The notes below the pieces were generated by a model, which saw only the letters and a list, made by a program, of their open reading frames with translations, ran no database searches and was not told where the DNA came from. Source: Candidatus Doudnabacteria bacterium (GTDB taxonomy: Bacteria; Patescibacteriota; Doudnabacteria; UBA920). Taken from it: 64,000 bases of DNA. The stretch lies in NCBI GenBank assembly GCA_003151625.1, contig PLYC01000013.1, forward strand, positions 29,210-93,209, written 5' to 3'. This document shows positions 49,525 through 58,700 of the stretch, one piece after another. Made by a program: the position numbers and the translations under genes. Positions within the stretch are counted from its first letter, which is position 1. The number at the start of each line of letters is the position of its first letter.

Positions 49525-50193
49525 ATGCACCAAATACAAGAAAAGTTATTAGAGCTGTCAAAAAGTCAAAATTTGGCTAAATTAAGCCTTAGAGATATGG
49601 CAAAGGCTATAGATTTACCTTTAGAATCCCCTCAAAAAATTAAGCACCATTTATTACAGCTTCAAAAAAAAGGTTTTTTGACGATTGATAGGGTAAAAGG
49701 CTTAATGGATAGAGCCGTAGATACGCCTATGTGGGCTTCAAAATTACTTAAAAAGACTACGAAGTTATTTTCTATCCCAATTATTGGCATGGCCAATTGC
49801 GGCCCGGCAGAAATCTTTGCAGAGCAAAATTTTCAAGGGTTTTTAAAAGTTTCCAGTAGGCTAATTCACCGTTCAAAGCCCGATGGCCTCTATGCCATAA
49901 AAACAGATGGCTCATCTATGAACCGAGCAGAAATAAACGGAAAACGAATAGAAGATGGGGATTTCGTAATTGTGGACGGGGAAGATAGGAACGCAGAAAC
50001 CAACAATGTTGTTTTGGCTATTATTGATAATAAAGCTACAATCAAAAGACTTATACATGACACTCAAAATGGGCAAGTTGTTTTAAAAGCAGATTCGTCC
50101 TTTGACTACGAACCTATTTATCTGCACCCAGACGACAACTTTTTTATAAATGGTAAGGTGGTGGATGTAATAAAAAAACCGATGAAAAATTAA
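49525..50193 (+). CDS. LexA/CI-like repressor (wHTH + S24 peptidase)
   Basis: SLRDMA..HHL..L.KKG, ANCG, GSSM, ATIKR. Confidence 0.88.
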   Translation: MHQIQEKLLELSKSQNLAKLSLRDMAKAIDLPLESPQKIKHHLLQLQKKGFLTIDRVKGLMDRAVDTPMWASKLLKKTTKLFSIPIIGMANCGPAEIFAEQNFQGFLKVSSRLIHRSKPDGLYAIKTDGSSMNRAEINGKRIEDGDFVIVDGEDRNAETNNVVLAIIDNKATIKRLIHDTQNGQVVLKADSSFDYEPIYLHPDDNFFINGKVVDVIKKPMKN

Positions 50194-50206
50194 TACAACT
50201 AAAATT

Positions 50207-51256
50207 ATGGCATACGAAGTAGACTATATGCCGGTTGGTGAAGGAGAAAAAAGCGGCGACGCCATCGTCTTACGCTTTGGCAATCTCACAGGACCGCGTG
50301 AACAACAAACAGTTATCGTTATTGATGGGGGCTACCAGGAATCTGGCGAGCTACTTGTTAACCATATTAATGAGCATTATGGGACAAACGAAGTTAATTA
50401 TGTTATTTTAACCCATCCTGATATAGATCACGCCTCCGGCCTTTGTGTTGTTCTTGAGAAAATGAAAGTTGGGGCACTTATTATGCATAAGCCATGGGAA
50501 CACGCGGAAGATATAAAAAGCTTATTTCAAAATGGTAAAATAACCGCATCTGGCTTACAAGACAAAATTGAAAAGTCGCTTCAGCACGCTAGTGATTTAG
50601 AGTCTATGGCTCAAAAAAAAGGTATCCCAATTTACGAGCCCTTTGAAGGCACCTATTTAGATAATGTTTTTCACGTTCTTGGCCCTTCAAAAGATTATTA
50701 TCAAAGCCTACTGCCTCATTTTAAAGATATGCCAGCACCCAAGATAAGCCTTGGAGCATTTGCACCTATTTTTAGAAAAGCTGAAGAAGTCGCGAACTGG
50801 ATTCAAGATCATATAGGCATAGACTTGCTCGATGATGATAACGACACAACCTCCGCAAGTAATAATACTAGCGCAATTATAGTTTTTGTCATCGATGGTC
50901 ACAAACTACTTTTTACCGGTGACGCTGGAAAAACAGCTTTACTTAATGCCATAGCTTATGCTGACAGTAAAGGGTTTTCACTTACTGACCTTAATTTTTT
51001 AGATGTGCCTCATCATGGGAGTAAGCGTAATCTCAGCAGTAAAATATTGAAAAAAATTAAAGCAACAACCGCTTTTATTTCAGCCCCAACGGATTCTCCC
51101 AAACATCCTGCAAAAAGAGTAACCAATGCTTTAAGAAAGCATGGTCATTCAGTTTATGTTACTCGTGGAAAATCAATTCTTCATCATAACCAAGGTAATG
51201 CGAGGGGGTGGGGAGATATAGAGTCAGAGCCCTTCCATGATAGATTTGAAGAATAA
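50207..51256 (+). CDS. ComEC/Rec2-like metallo-beta-lactamase-fold hydrolase
   Basis: GDAI, IDGG, THPDIDHASG, FTGDAG, PHHGS, KHP. Confidence 0.88.
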   Translation: MAYEVDYMPVGEGEKSGDAIVLRFGNLTGPREQQTVIVIDGGYQESGELLVNHINEHYGTNEVNYVILTHPDIDHASGLCVVLEKMKVGALIMHKPWEHAEDIKSLFQNGKITASGLQDKIEKSLQHASDLESMAQKKGIPIYEPFEGTYLDNVFHVLGPSKDYYQSLLPHFKDMPAPKISLGAFAPIFRKAEEVANWIQDHIGIDLLDDDNDTTSASNNTSAIIVFVIDGHKLLFTGDAGKTALLNAIAYADSKGFSLTDLNFLDVPHHGSKRNLSSKILKKIKATTAFISAPTDSPKHPAKRVTNALRKHGHSVYVTRGKSILHHNQGNARGWGDIESEPFHDRFEE

Positions 51257-51965
51257 AAATATTACCGCTATGTTTGAAAAGATTAAAGAAAATTTTGATG
51301 ATTATAATTTAAAAGCAAGGGTTTACCCGAGCCTAATAGCATTGGCTCCATTTTTTTTACTTGCCTATATTCTTATAAAAAATCAAGCAGGTCTTAATAT
51401 AATTGCGAGCTTGGCCAGTAGCTCATTGATAACAATGCTTTTACTATTTTTCATTTCTGATATTGTAAGAAATTTAGGAAAATTTCTAGAATCGAAAGTA
51501 TTTGGTAATGAGTTGTATTTCCCCACCACGGAAATTTTGTTGCACATAAATACGTATTTAACAGCCGAAAAAAGGCTTAAAATTTACGACAAGATCAGAA
51601 GCGACTTCCAATTTTCTCTTGCTACGGAAGTAGAAGAAAAAAACAATGAGAACCTCGCAAGGCAAAAGATAAAAGAAGCCGTAGGATTAGTTAGACAAAA
51701 AGTTACAAATGGAAGATTATTGCTTCAATTTAATATAAGATACGGGTTTTGGAGAAACCTAATAGGAGCCTCCCTATTTTCGTGCGCTTTTTGTATAGTA
51801 GACTTAGTTATTTTTTTACTATTTTATACAAGCTTTGCTAGTTCGTTTATAGCACTGATTTTATTTTTATTCTATTTATCAATTTTTTTATTTAGAAAGT
51901 TGTTGCTCAAGTTTTTTGGTTTTCAATATGCTGAACAGTTATTTTTGGAGTACCTAACTAAATAA
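51237..51965 (+). CDS. Multi-TM protein coupled to the MBL hydrolase
   Basis: YNLKARVYP, PTT, NIRYGFWRNL; four TM; alternative start 51270. Confidence 0.65.
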   Translation: MIDLKNKNITAMFEKIKENFDDYNLKARVYPSLIALAPFFLLAYILIKNQAGLNIIASLASSSLITMLLLFFISDIVRNLGKFLESKVFGNELYFPTTEILLHINTYLTAEKRLKIYDKIRSDFQFSLATEVEEKNNENLARQKIKEAVGLVRQKVTNGRLLLQFNIRYGFWRNLIGASLFSCAFCIVDLVIFLLFYTSFASSFIALILFLFYLSIFLFRKLLLKFFGFQYAEQLFLEYLTK

Positions 51966-51982
51966 AGTAAATATATTTTCCC

Positions 51983-52138
51983 ATGCCACTTGAAGATTTG
52001 GGCGACGAAATAAGAATGGAGGTAGACGAAGACGGACTTAAGGAAGAATTGGCCGAGCAGATTAACAATGGCGACGCGGACGAGGCTTTACAAAGAATGG
52101 AAGATTTGGGAATAGATATTGACGAGTTAGATTTATAA
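51983..52138 (+). CDS. 51-aa hyper-acidic protein
   Basis: Manual translation MPLEDLGDEIRMEVDEDGLKEELAEQINNGDADEALQRMEDLGIDIDELDL. Confidence 0.6.
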   Translation: MPLEDLGDEIRMEVDEDGLKEELAEQINNGDADEALQRMEDLGIDIDELDL

Positions 52139-52160
52139 AATTTTTACTAATTTTGAATTT

Positions 52161-52697
52161 ATGAATAAGGAATACGAATTAGTTGTGAAGCCGTTGATTA
52201 AATGGTTTAAAAACCAAAAGTCTAATTGGCAACTGGAATTCCCCAAATACCATACTGCGGCCACGGGTTGGGATTTACAAGCAAGACGCAAAAACCAGGA
52301 TTTACTCATTGAAGCTAAATATATCAAGGGGCGGTTTGTTTCTTATTTTGCTGGTATGGTTTGCGCGCCAATGTCCAACAAAAGACAGTCTTTTATGAAA
52401 AGAAAGGCTCATGGCTGGAACGAGGGCGTGTGCTGGGCAATAGGCACTTCGTTTAAGTCCAGAGATATAATGCAAATATTGCTAGATTATTTTTCCAGAA
52501 ATTTGGTATTTTGGGAATTCTATGGCAAATATTTTAAAATGAAATATGTATTTTTTGTGAATGATTTGGAAGTCAAAAAAGTAGATTGGAATAAACTGAT
52601 CTTTATTGCCGGTAAATATTTAGAAGCGCAAAATAAAAATAAATTGAGTTTATTAGAAAGAAGAACTTTGGCCGCTAAACTTTGCTCAATAAAGTAA
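52161..52697 (+). CDS. PD-(D/E)XK nuclease-like protein
   Basis: E...., GWDLQA...LLIEAK. Confidence 0.55.
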   Translation: MNKEYELVVKPLIKWFKNQKSNWQLEFPKYHTAATGWDLQARRKNQDLLIEAKYIKGRFVSYFAGMVCAPMSNKRQSFMKRKAHGWNEGVCWAIGTSFKSRDIMQILLDYFSRNLVFWEFYGKYFKMKYVFFVNDLEVKKVDWNKLIFIAGKYLEAQNKNKLSLLERRTLAAKLCSIK

Positions 52698-53434
52698 TTT
52701 TAAATTTTGTGCTGCAAACTTATTTCAAAAAAACTTTTAAAATTGAACTAAAGTTATTTTTGTTCGTTTTGTATATTGTTTATTTAGCCTTTTTATTAGT
52801 AAAAGGGTACGGCTGGAGATATGTACTCGTTACTCATATTTCGGCGGTATTAATCTACAGTATCTATAAATTTGGCTTGGAATTTTTATGGATTTTATTA
52901 GCGCCACTTATAGCAGTATTTACTTTTTTTGAAGTCTTGATTATTGAAAGGTACATAAAAAGTTTTCAACAAAATGTTCCGGCGGAAGTAGTTATTATTT
53001 TAGGACACTCCAATTGGCTAAAACTGGAGGCATGGATTAAGCCTAATGCTTCCTTGGATGATATTAAATTGCTGGTCAAATATTTAGAACTGAAAAAACA
53101 AGGCTTTTCGTTTTACCCTGATGCCAATACCTCGGAGGTAGAAAGTATTATGGCAAATGAAAAAGTAAAAGAAGTTTATTTTATGGGGCACGGAGCGTCC
53201 CATACTTTCCAATTAAATACTGACGAAATTTTGTATTATTGTGATTTTGCTGGAGCCAAATATGAGAAAGAGTTTGTTCATCAGGTACATTGTGGCACCC
53301 AGGACGGGAAAAGCCTAATTGATTATGTGGTCCCGGAAAGGAATAGGAACGGCTGCTTTTTAATTAGAAAGTCGATAAACTCATTTAGAATCCAAAAAGA
53401 ATTTAAACAAAAAATCAAAATGTTAGAAAATTAA
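52682..53434 (+). CDS. Membrane protein with soluble C-terminal domain
   Basis: Three TM then FMGHG..VHCG motifs. Confidence 0.55.
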   Translation: MLNKVILNFVLQTYFKKTFKIELKLFLFVLYIVYLAFLLVKGYGWRYVLVTHISAVLIYSIYKFGLEFLWILLAPLIAVFTFFEVLIIERYIKSFQQNVPAEVVIILGHSNWLKLEAWIKPNASLDDIKLLVKYLELKKQGFSFYPDANTSEVESIMANEKVKEVYFMGHGASHTFQLNTDEILYYCDFAGAKYEKEFVHQVHCGTQDGKSLIDYVVPERNRNGCFLIRKSINSFRIQKEFKQKIKMLEN

Positions 53435-53450
53435 ATTTTAACACTTCCAC

Positions 53451-53476
53451 AAAAAACCACCTTACGGTGGTTTTTT
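53451..53476. terminator. Bidirectional terminator
   Basis: AAAAAACCACCTTACGGTGGTTTTTT. Confidence 0.8.
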
Positions 53477-53496
53477 CATAAAAAATTAAAACAAAA

Positions 53497-53655
53497 CCTT
53501 TTTTGCTTCTTAGGGCTTCCCATTGTAACTCTGGGTTTTTGCCCGTCAAGGGTAAAACCTCTTTATCTGCCGTAAGCCATAAATCGGTTTTAATCCCGTT
53601 GACCGCCAAAACATTCCAGAGTTTTTTTGCTTGCCATAATAAGTAAGCAAAAAGG
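53497..53655 (+). promoter_or_regulatory. Frpo-like ssDNA promoter hairpin 1
   Basis: Long imperfect IR; homologous to 56072-56234; upstream of radC. Confidence 0.6.
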
Positions 53656-53661
53656 AGTTTT

Positions 53662-54144
53662 ATGGAATATCAAGTAAATATTAGCTACCAGTTTAAAGCT
53701 GATAGCGACAACGAAGCTAACGAAAAAGCCAAAAGCTATATTAGCCAGAATTTGCAGGTTAAAGCTATTAAGGACGGCGTTTACAGCCCTTTGGAAATAG
53801 CCTCAAAGTGCAAGAATTTCAGGAAAGCTAAAAAAGAACACTTTTGCGTCTTTTTCCTGGATACCCAAAACAGGATTCTTGGCAAAGAAACCGTCAGCAT
53901 TGGCACATTAAACACAAGCCTGATTCATCCCAGGGAGTGTTTTAGGACTGCTATATTAAAAAATTCTGCTTCTGTAATTTTCGTCCACAATCATCCAAGC
54001 GGGGGTTTAGAGCCGTCAGCGGAAGATCTTAATGTTACCAAGCGGTTAAAAGATGCCGGGAAACTCCTTGGCATAGAAGTTTTAGACCACGTGATTGTAA
54101 CAACTGATTCTCACACCAGTTTGAAGGAACGACATTTATTATAA
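53662..54144 (+). CDS. RadC-like JAB-domain protein (short form)
   Basis: KEHF.VFFLDTQN, IHPRE, HNHPSG, LDHVI; AAGGAG SD. Confidence 0.9.
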   Translation: MEYQVNISYQFKADSDNEANEKAKSYISQNLQVKAIKDGVYSPLEIASKCKNFRKAKKEHFCVFFLDTQNRILGKETVSIGTLNTSLIHPRECFRTAILKNSASVIFVHNHPSGGLEPSAEDLNVTKRLKDAGKLLGIEVLDHVIVTTDSHTSLKERHLL

Positions 54145-54263
54145 AAATTAAAACCCATCCAAATCATGAAATAAAGAAAAACGTCAGCGCCCGAAGGTGC
54201 TGACGTGCTCGGCTGACGAGCGTGAATGCGTGTTGTATTGGTTTGAACTTTGCCGTTCCGGAT

Positions 54264-54644
54264 CTACGCCGGAAATATTTCCGCTTGCACCGTAATCCAG
54301 TCACTGCCCCTGCTGTCGTCGGCCTCCCGCGTAACCATGGCGGCGACACGCCCCTTCCCCTGGAAGTTGTACTGGACGTAATGGAGGAGCTTCCCTCCGA
54401 ATTCCGGCTGGGCAAACCGAACGCGCATGGCGTGGATTTTGTGGCCTTCGTCGCCTTCCTGCAATATCGCCTCCACATCGACGATTTGCTTGAAGTGACG
54501 GGGGTGATATGTGCCGTGCTGGTCTGCTGTGATGTAGATCCATGCGTTGAAGAGCTTGCGAATGGCAGCAAAGTAGTCGACCGAAGTCGAGCTTTCATAG
54601 TTGTAAGCTGCCATCGCGTTGTCCAAAATCTCCGTGAGTTTCAT
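54264..54644 (-). CDS. Hypothetical protein
   Basis: GAGGAGG SD before ATG 54644; GC-rich codon use. Confidence 0.6.
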   Translation of the reverse strand: MKLTEILDNAMAAYNYESSTSVDYFAAIRKLFNAWIYITADQHGTYHPRHFKQIVDVEAILQEGDEGHKIHAMRVRFAQPEFGGKLLHYVQYNFQGKGRVAAMVTREADDSRGSDWITVQAEIFPA

Positions 54645-54805
54645 TGCATCTTCCTCCTCAGGAATTGTAGGGATTTTTAACCCTTCCAAAGTCACAAAAT
54701 AATTTATGAGCTTAGAAGAATGTCCGAGTTTAACCTCTCGGACGTAGGTCTTATGGTTTGTACCACGTTCCAGCACTGCCTGCTGGTTGGTTTTATGAAT
54801 GTTGA

Positions 54806-55897
54806 CTACTTCGTGACGGGCTCGATGGTCAGCCTGCAAAGCCACTGCCGCAGATCGGCGACGGCTTTGAGTTGCCAGCGTTCCTCGTCGGTCGAACTCT
54901 GTTCCTTGGGCCGGATATGGCCGCCGGAAATCTCCAGAAAGGCGCCCTTTTCATCGGGCATTTGAAGAATCGTCCGCTCGATGATCCGTTCGACTTCCTC
55001 GCCGGACGGAACTTTCTGTCCGCCCCACGCAGCGCCGCTGTATGCCTGAAAACTGACATGGCCGCTGTTCCTTAGCCTTACGAACACCCTACCATCTACA
55101 GCTTCCGGATCGAAGTCGGGCCGCCGCAGGCAGAGTTTGAACTCCATGCGACGTGCGACGTCATCGTAGTGATTGAAGACGAGCGGATTCCACTTCGGTT
55201 CCCACCGCATCATGGACAACTCGTTCAAGCTGTCCTCGTAGAGCCAGAGTAAGTTCGTGTCTCCAGTGACCTTGAGCGCTTCCGTCAGCATGTAATACCT
55301 CGTGGCCATTTTGCCGACGGTAAAGGCGAATCGCGATCTCTCGGAGCAGTCGATCAAGTGGTCGCGCATCATCTGGCTGTGGAAGTTGCCGCTCTTGGCT
55401 TCTTCGTTGAGCTTGCGCAGCGCTTTGGCGACGATTTCGGTTTGCCCACTGCGTTCCACCCACACTTGCCGTAACGCTTCGGCATACTTGGGATTCCACC
55501 AGTCCGCCATCTGAAGCAGCATGTCGAACTCCCAAGGGTCGTGGTCCATCCAGTGATAGACCTCGTCCTGCTGGGGAACCGAAGCCTTGGTTGCAGGCAT
55601 CGAATACGGGGGAGAAAACTTCTCCTGCCATAAGATACCGGCAATTTCAGCCCCTTTCTTGTATTCGCAGTTGGCGGCCGCGAGAATGGCTTGGACGATA
55701 AGGGAACGCGGTTTGCTATCAACTGTCGCAGCGACCAGTTCGTCCAAAGTGAATTTATGACCGGCAGAACAAACTATGCTTCCGTCGATCATGAGAGTGG
55801 ACCCGCAGCGCTTGCCGCGAGTGCGGCCAGCGAGGCCACATTTCATCTTCCCGTCCTCGACGTAAAACCGTTGACGGGTTGCAGATGTTTCCAACAT
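54806..55897 (-). CDS. Hypothetical protein with N-terminal Zn-finger-like motif
   Basis: AGGAGGT SD; C..C..C..H cluster. Confidence 0.65.
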   Translation of the reverse strand: MLETSATRQRFYVEDGKMKCGLAGRTRGKRCGSTLMIDGSIVCSAGHKFTLDELVAATVDSKPRSLIVQAILAAANCEYKKGAEIAGILWQEKFSPPYSMPATKASVPQQDEVYHWMDHDPWEFDMLLQMADWWNPKYAEALRQVWVERSGQTEIVAKALRKLNEEAKSGNFHSQMMRDHLIDCSERSRFAFTVGKMATRYYMLTEALKVTGDTNLLWLYEDSLNELSMMRWEPKWNPLVFNHYDDVARRMEFKLCLRRPDFDPEAVDGRVFVRLRNSGHVSFQAYSGAAWGGQKVPSGEEVERIIERTILQMPDEKGAFLEISGGHIRPKEQSSTDEERWQLKAVADLRQWLCRLTIEPVTK

Positions 55898-56071
55898 TCA
55901 GAACCTCCTGTTTCGTTGTATTTCACTCCTGTTTGCACAGTGAGTGTCCCAGATTAAGGGAAAATTGAGCAGAAAACTAGAAATTTCCACGCACTTTTCC
56001 CCTAACATTGGAACTTACTATTTTACTGTTTTTATTATGTTTTGTCAAAGCCCAAAAATACACCAAATGTA

Positions 56072-56234
56072 CTTTTCCTTTGCTTTCTTATGGCTTTCCA
56101 TTTTACTGACCGTTTACGGCCGGTCAAGGGTAAAACCAATTTATTTCCCGTAGGGCATAAAAAGGTTTTAATCCCGTTGACTGCCATAACCTGCGGCCAG
56201 TTCTCCGGAGTCCATAATAATTAAGCAAAGAAAG
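56072..56234 (+). promoter_or_regulatory. Frpo-like ssDNA promoter hairpin 2
   Basis: Same architecture as hairpin 1. Confidence 0.6.
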
Positions 56235-56242
56235 GAGTTAAT

Positions 56243-56443
56243 ATGCCCAAGTTTCAAAAACAGGCAGTTAGCACCAAGCAGGGTTTAACGCCGGAGATGA
56301 AGTCAAATATCATCAAAGCGTCCTTGCAGAGAAGTATCAACTACTACTTAGAGTTGAGAAACTCCGTAGACCCTAAGAGCAGCGACTATCACGATTTCGG
56401 AAAGAAAGTTTCCGCGTATATCGCTGTTAAGCAACAGCTTTAA
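56243..56443 (+). CDS. Small hypothetical protein
   Basis: AAGGAG SD, 66 aa. Confidence 0.65.
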   Translation: MPKFQKQAVSTKQGLTPEMKSNIIKASLQRSINYYLELRNSVDPKSSDYHDFGKKVSAYIAVKQQL

Positions 56444-56510
56444 ACAAACACAAAAACCCAAACAAAAACAAAAACAAAAATTCTTTCTTTAAATCATTAA
56501 ACTAACACCA

Positions 56511-56672
56511 ATGCCAAAAGCATACACCGTTTACTTTCAATACTTAATCACCTGCCCCTGCTGCCAAAATTGCTGGAGCGCCAACAGGCAGGAAATCATA
56601 GACCTGGACACCGTTACCTGTCCATCTTGCGGTTCCTGCAACTTAAACATTCAGAAGTATTTTGAAGTCTAA
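56511..56672 (+). CDS. 53-aa zinc-ribbon protein
   Basis: Manual translation MPKAY...CPCCQNC...CPSCGSC; terminator follows. Confidence 0.6.
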   Translation: MPKAYTVYFQYLITCPCCQNCWSANRQEIIDLDTVTCPSCGSCNLNIQKYFEV

Positions 56673-56801
56673 ACCCAAAACAAGATTAAGCCACTCTGAA
56701 AAGGGTGGCTTTTTCTATGTTCAATAATAAAGCTTTTTTACACTAGCCCCTTCTTGCTTAAATAAGTCAACTCTGCTATTGTATCGTAAATAAGAGGAAC
56801 T

Positions 56802-57368
56802 ATGTCCTTAGCTGATCAGCAAAATCGGGCCAAAGATGCCCGCATTACCTTTACTCCGCTTAGGCAGGGACGGTACCGTTGCAACTGGAACGGTGCTGTT
56901 ATAACGCATGGCGCAGTCCATGCCGCCCGCAACCGCCGCTGGAGCGAATTGCATCCGCACGTAGAGATGCCCGCTCCGGCTCCCAAACCGCTCATCACCA
57001 CATACGTTGGACCGCCGCCACAGCCCAAGCCTACACTCAAAGAGGTTGTGGCCGACTCCACCGGTTACATCCGGTGCCCCAACTCATCTTACGGGTCGCT
57101 CTGCGGATCCTACAAGTTCGTCGGATACGCAGCTACCGGCGAGTATACCTGCAATAGCTGCTCCAAGCCGTTTCTCGTCGTTACAGCCGCCACTCAATCG
57201 GCGGCGAACCAACTCCGTGAAGCGGAAGCCATCAACGCCTACGGCGACGTGAACTGTCCCAACTGCCGCGGGATAAACACCGATGCGGTGCATGGAAACA
57301 AGCCCATGGAAGTCACGTGCGAGTATTGCCACCAGAAATTCCTCGCAAAACCGCGCACCGCCGTGTGA
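56802..57368 (+). CDS. Multi-zinc-ribbon hypothetical protein
   Basis: Repeated CP..C / C..C pairs; GAGGA SD. Confidence 0.65.
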   Translation: MSLADQQNRAKDARITFTPLRQGRYRCNWNGAVITHGAVHAARNRRWSELHPHVEMPAPAPKPLITTYVGPPPQPKPTLKEVVADSTGYIRCPNSSYGSLCGSYKFVGYAATGEYTCNSCSKPFLVVTAATQSAANQLREAEAINAYGDVNCPNCRGINTDAVHGNKPMEVTCEYCHQKFLAKPRTAV

Positions 57369-57768
57369 CCCACGCCTCCTGGCACTGTAACCAACGTAAT
57401 TGATCTGCTATAACCCAACCGGCGACTTTCCCCCCTGAAGGAAAGTCGCCGCTGTTGTTTTATTATTGTTCAGTATAAATTTTTTTAAAATAGTCGAAGA
57501 TATTTTTATTTTTGCAAAAGTATTTCTGCAACATTGACTTTAGAAATTAACAAATCAGTAGTATTTTAAAACCAATACCCAAAACTAGATAAAGCCACTC
57601 CGCAAGGAATGGCTATTTCCATGAGCCATAATTGCCTAAATGTTGGTTTTTTTTCAAAATTTAATAGTAAGAGGCATTGACCCCAAAAAGAATTTCTGCT
57701 AAAATTTTGCCACCAGACATGCCATATGTTATATGTGTCTGACTACAATGTAAAGGAGATTAACGCCA

Positions 57769-58083
57769 ATGGCAGGGCAACCGCAGGCTTACACTTTGCC
57801 CAAAGGGTATATCGTCAAAAACTTCGATGGTCGCTTTCTGACCCGGAGCATGAACTGGGCGCGCCACCATGGAAAACCGGATCGTGCATTCGTCCACCCG
57901 AAGGAATTGCTACTCGGGACGCAGGATTGGATGTCTGATGCCGACCAAGTCTACCTGGCACAATATAACCCCGTGCATGACCATACGGAGGTTGTCGGAA
58001 ACGAGCCTCTCTCGTTCGAGAAGTTCGCCGCCTACATCAACTCCAATATCCCGTTGCCGGAGCAATTCAGGACAATCGTATGA
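57769..58083 (+). CDS. Hypothetical protein
   Basis: AAGGAG SD; ATGA coupling to the next ORF. Confidence 0.6.
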   Translation: MAGQPQAYTLPKGYIVKNFDGRFLTRSMNWARHHGKPDRAFVHPKELLLGTQDWMSDADQVYLAQYNPVHDHTEVVGNEPLSFEKFAAYINSNIPLPEQFRTIV

Positions 58084-58484
58084 CACCGACAACGCCGCAA
58101 GCTTGGCAGAGCCAACTGCCGCGCATCAATGTAAACAGGCGAGGCGAGACGGACAAGATGAGGGTCTTGGCCCGTTTCAAGCACCAAGCCACGAACACCT
58201 ACTTCTACGTCTTGCAGGGCGACTCTTGCAAGAACTTCTGGCTTTACTGGGGATTTGCCGTAGTGTCAGGGCGCCAGTTCCCGATTCAGGTCACCGTCTC
58301 CTCACACGATTTGGAGTCGGGAGTCTGGCTCGGCGGCGTACCGTGCGAAGTGGACACCAGCTTCCAGTCGGGCCAGTGGGTGGAATTCAAGAATCTTCAT
58401 TTTCCACCTTCAGGGCCTCTTGCTGGTGGACGGATGAATGACCGCGGAAGCGGAAAACTCACGCACCCGCACGTCTTGCAGTAG
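58080..58484 (+). CDS. Hypothetical protein
   Basis: Coupled to the previous ORF. Confidence 0.55.
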   Translation: MTPTTPQAWQSQLPRINVNRRGETDKMRVLARFKHQATNTYFYVLQGDSCKNFWLYWGFAVVSGRQFPIQVTVSSHDLESGVWLGGVPCEVDTSFQSGQWVEFKNLHFPPSGPLAGGRMNDRGSGKLTHPHVLQ

Positions 58485-58700
58485 CACAGATGGCGCATTG
58501 GCAACAATAACCGCTTTGCAACTCGCATTTTGAGTTGCCGCTGAAACACAAAAGTCGGTAAAGAAAGATTTTAGAAGACACCAAATCTAAATCACTTTAC
58601 CGACTTTTTTAATTACTATTTATCTCTGTAAAAGTATTTCTGCAATGTTGGCCTGCTGATTGCTGTTTATGCACAAACATATTTGGCAGAATTTGACAAC

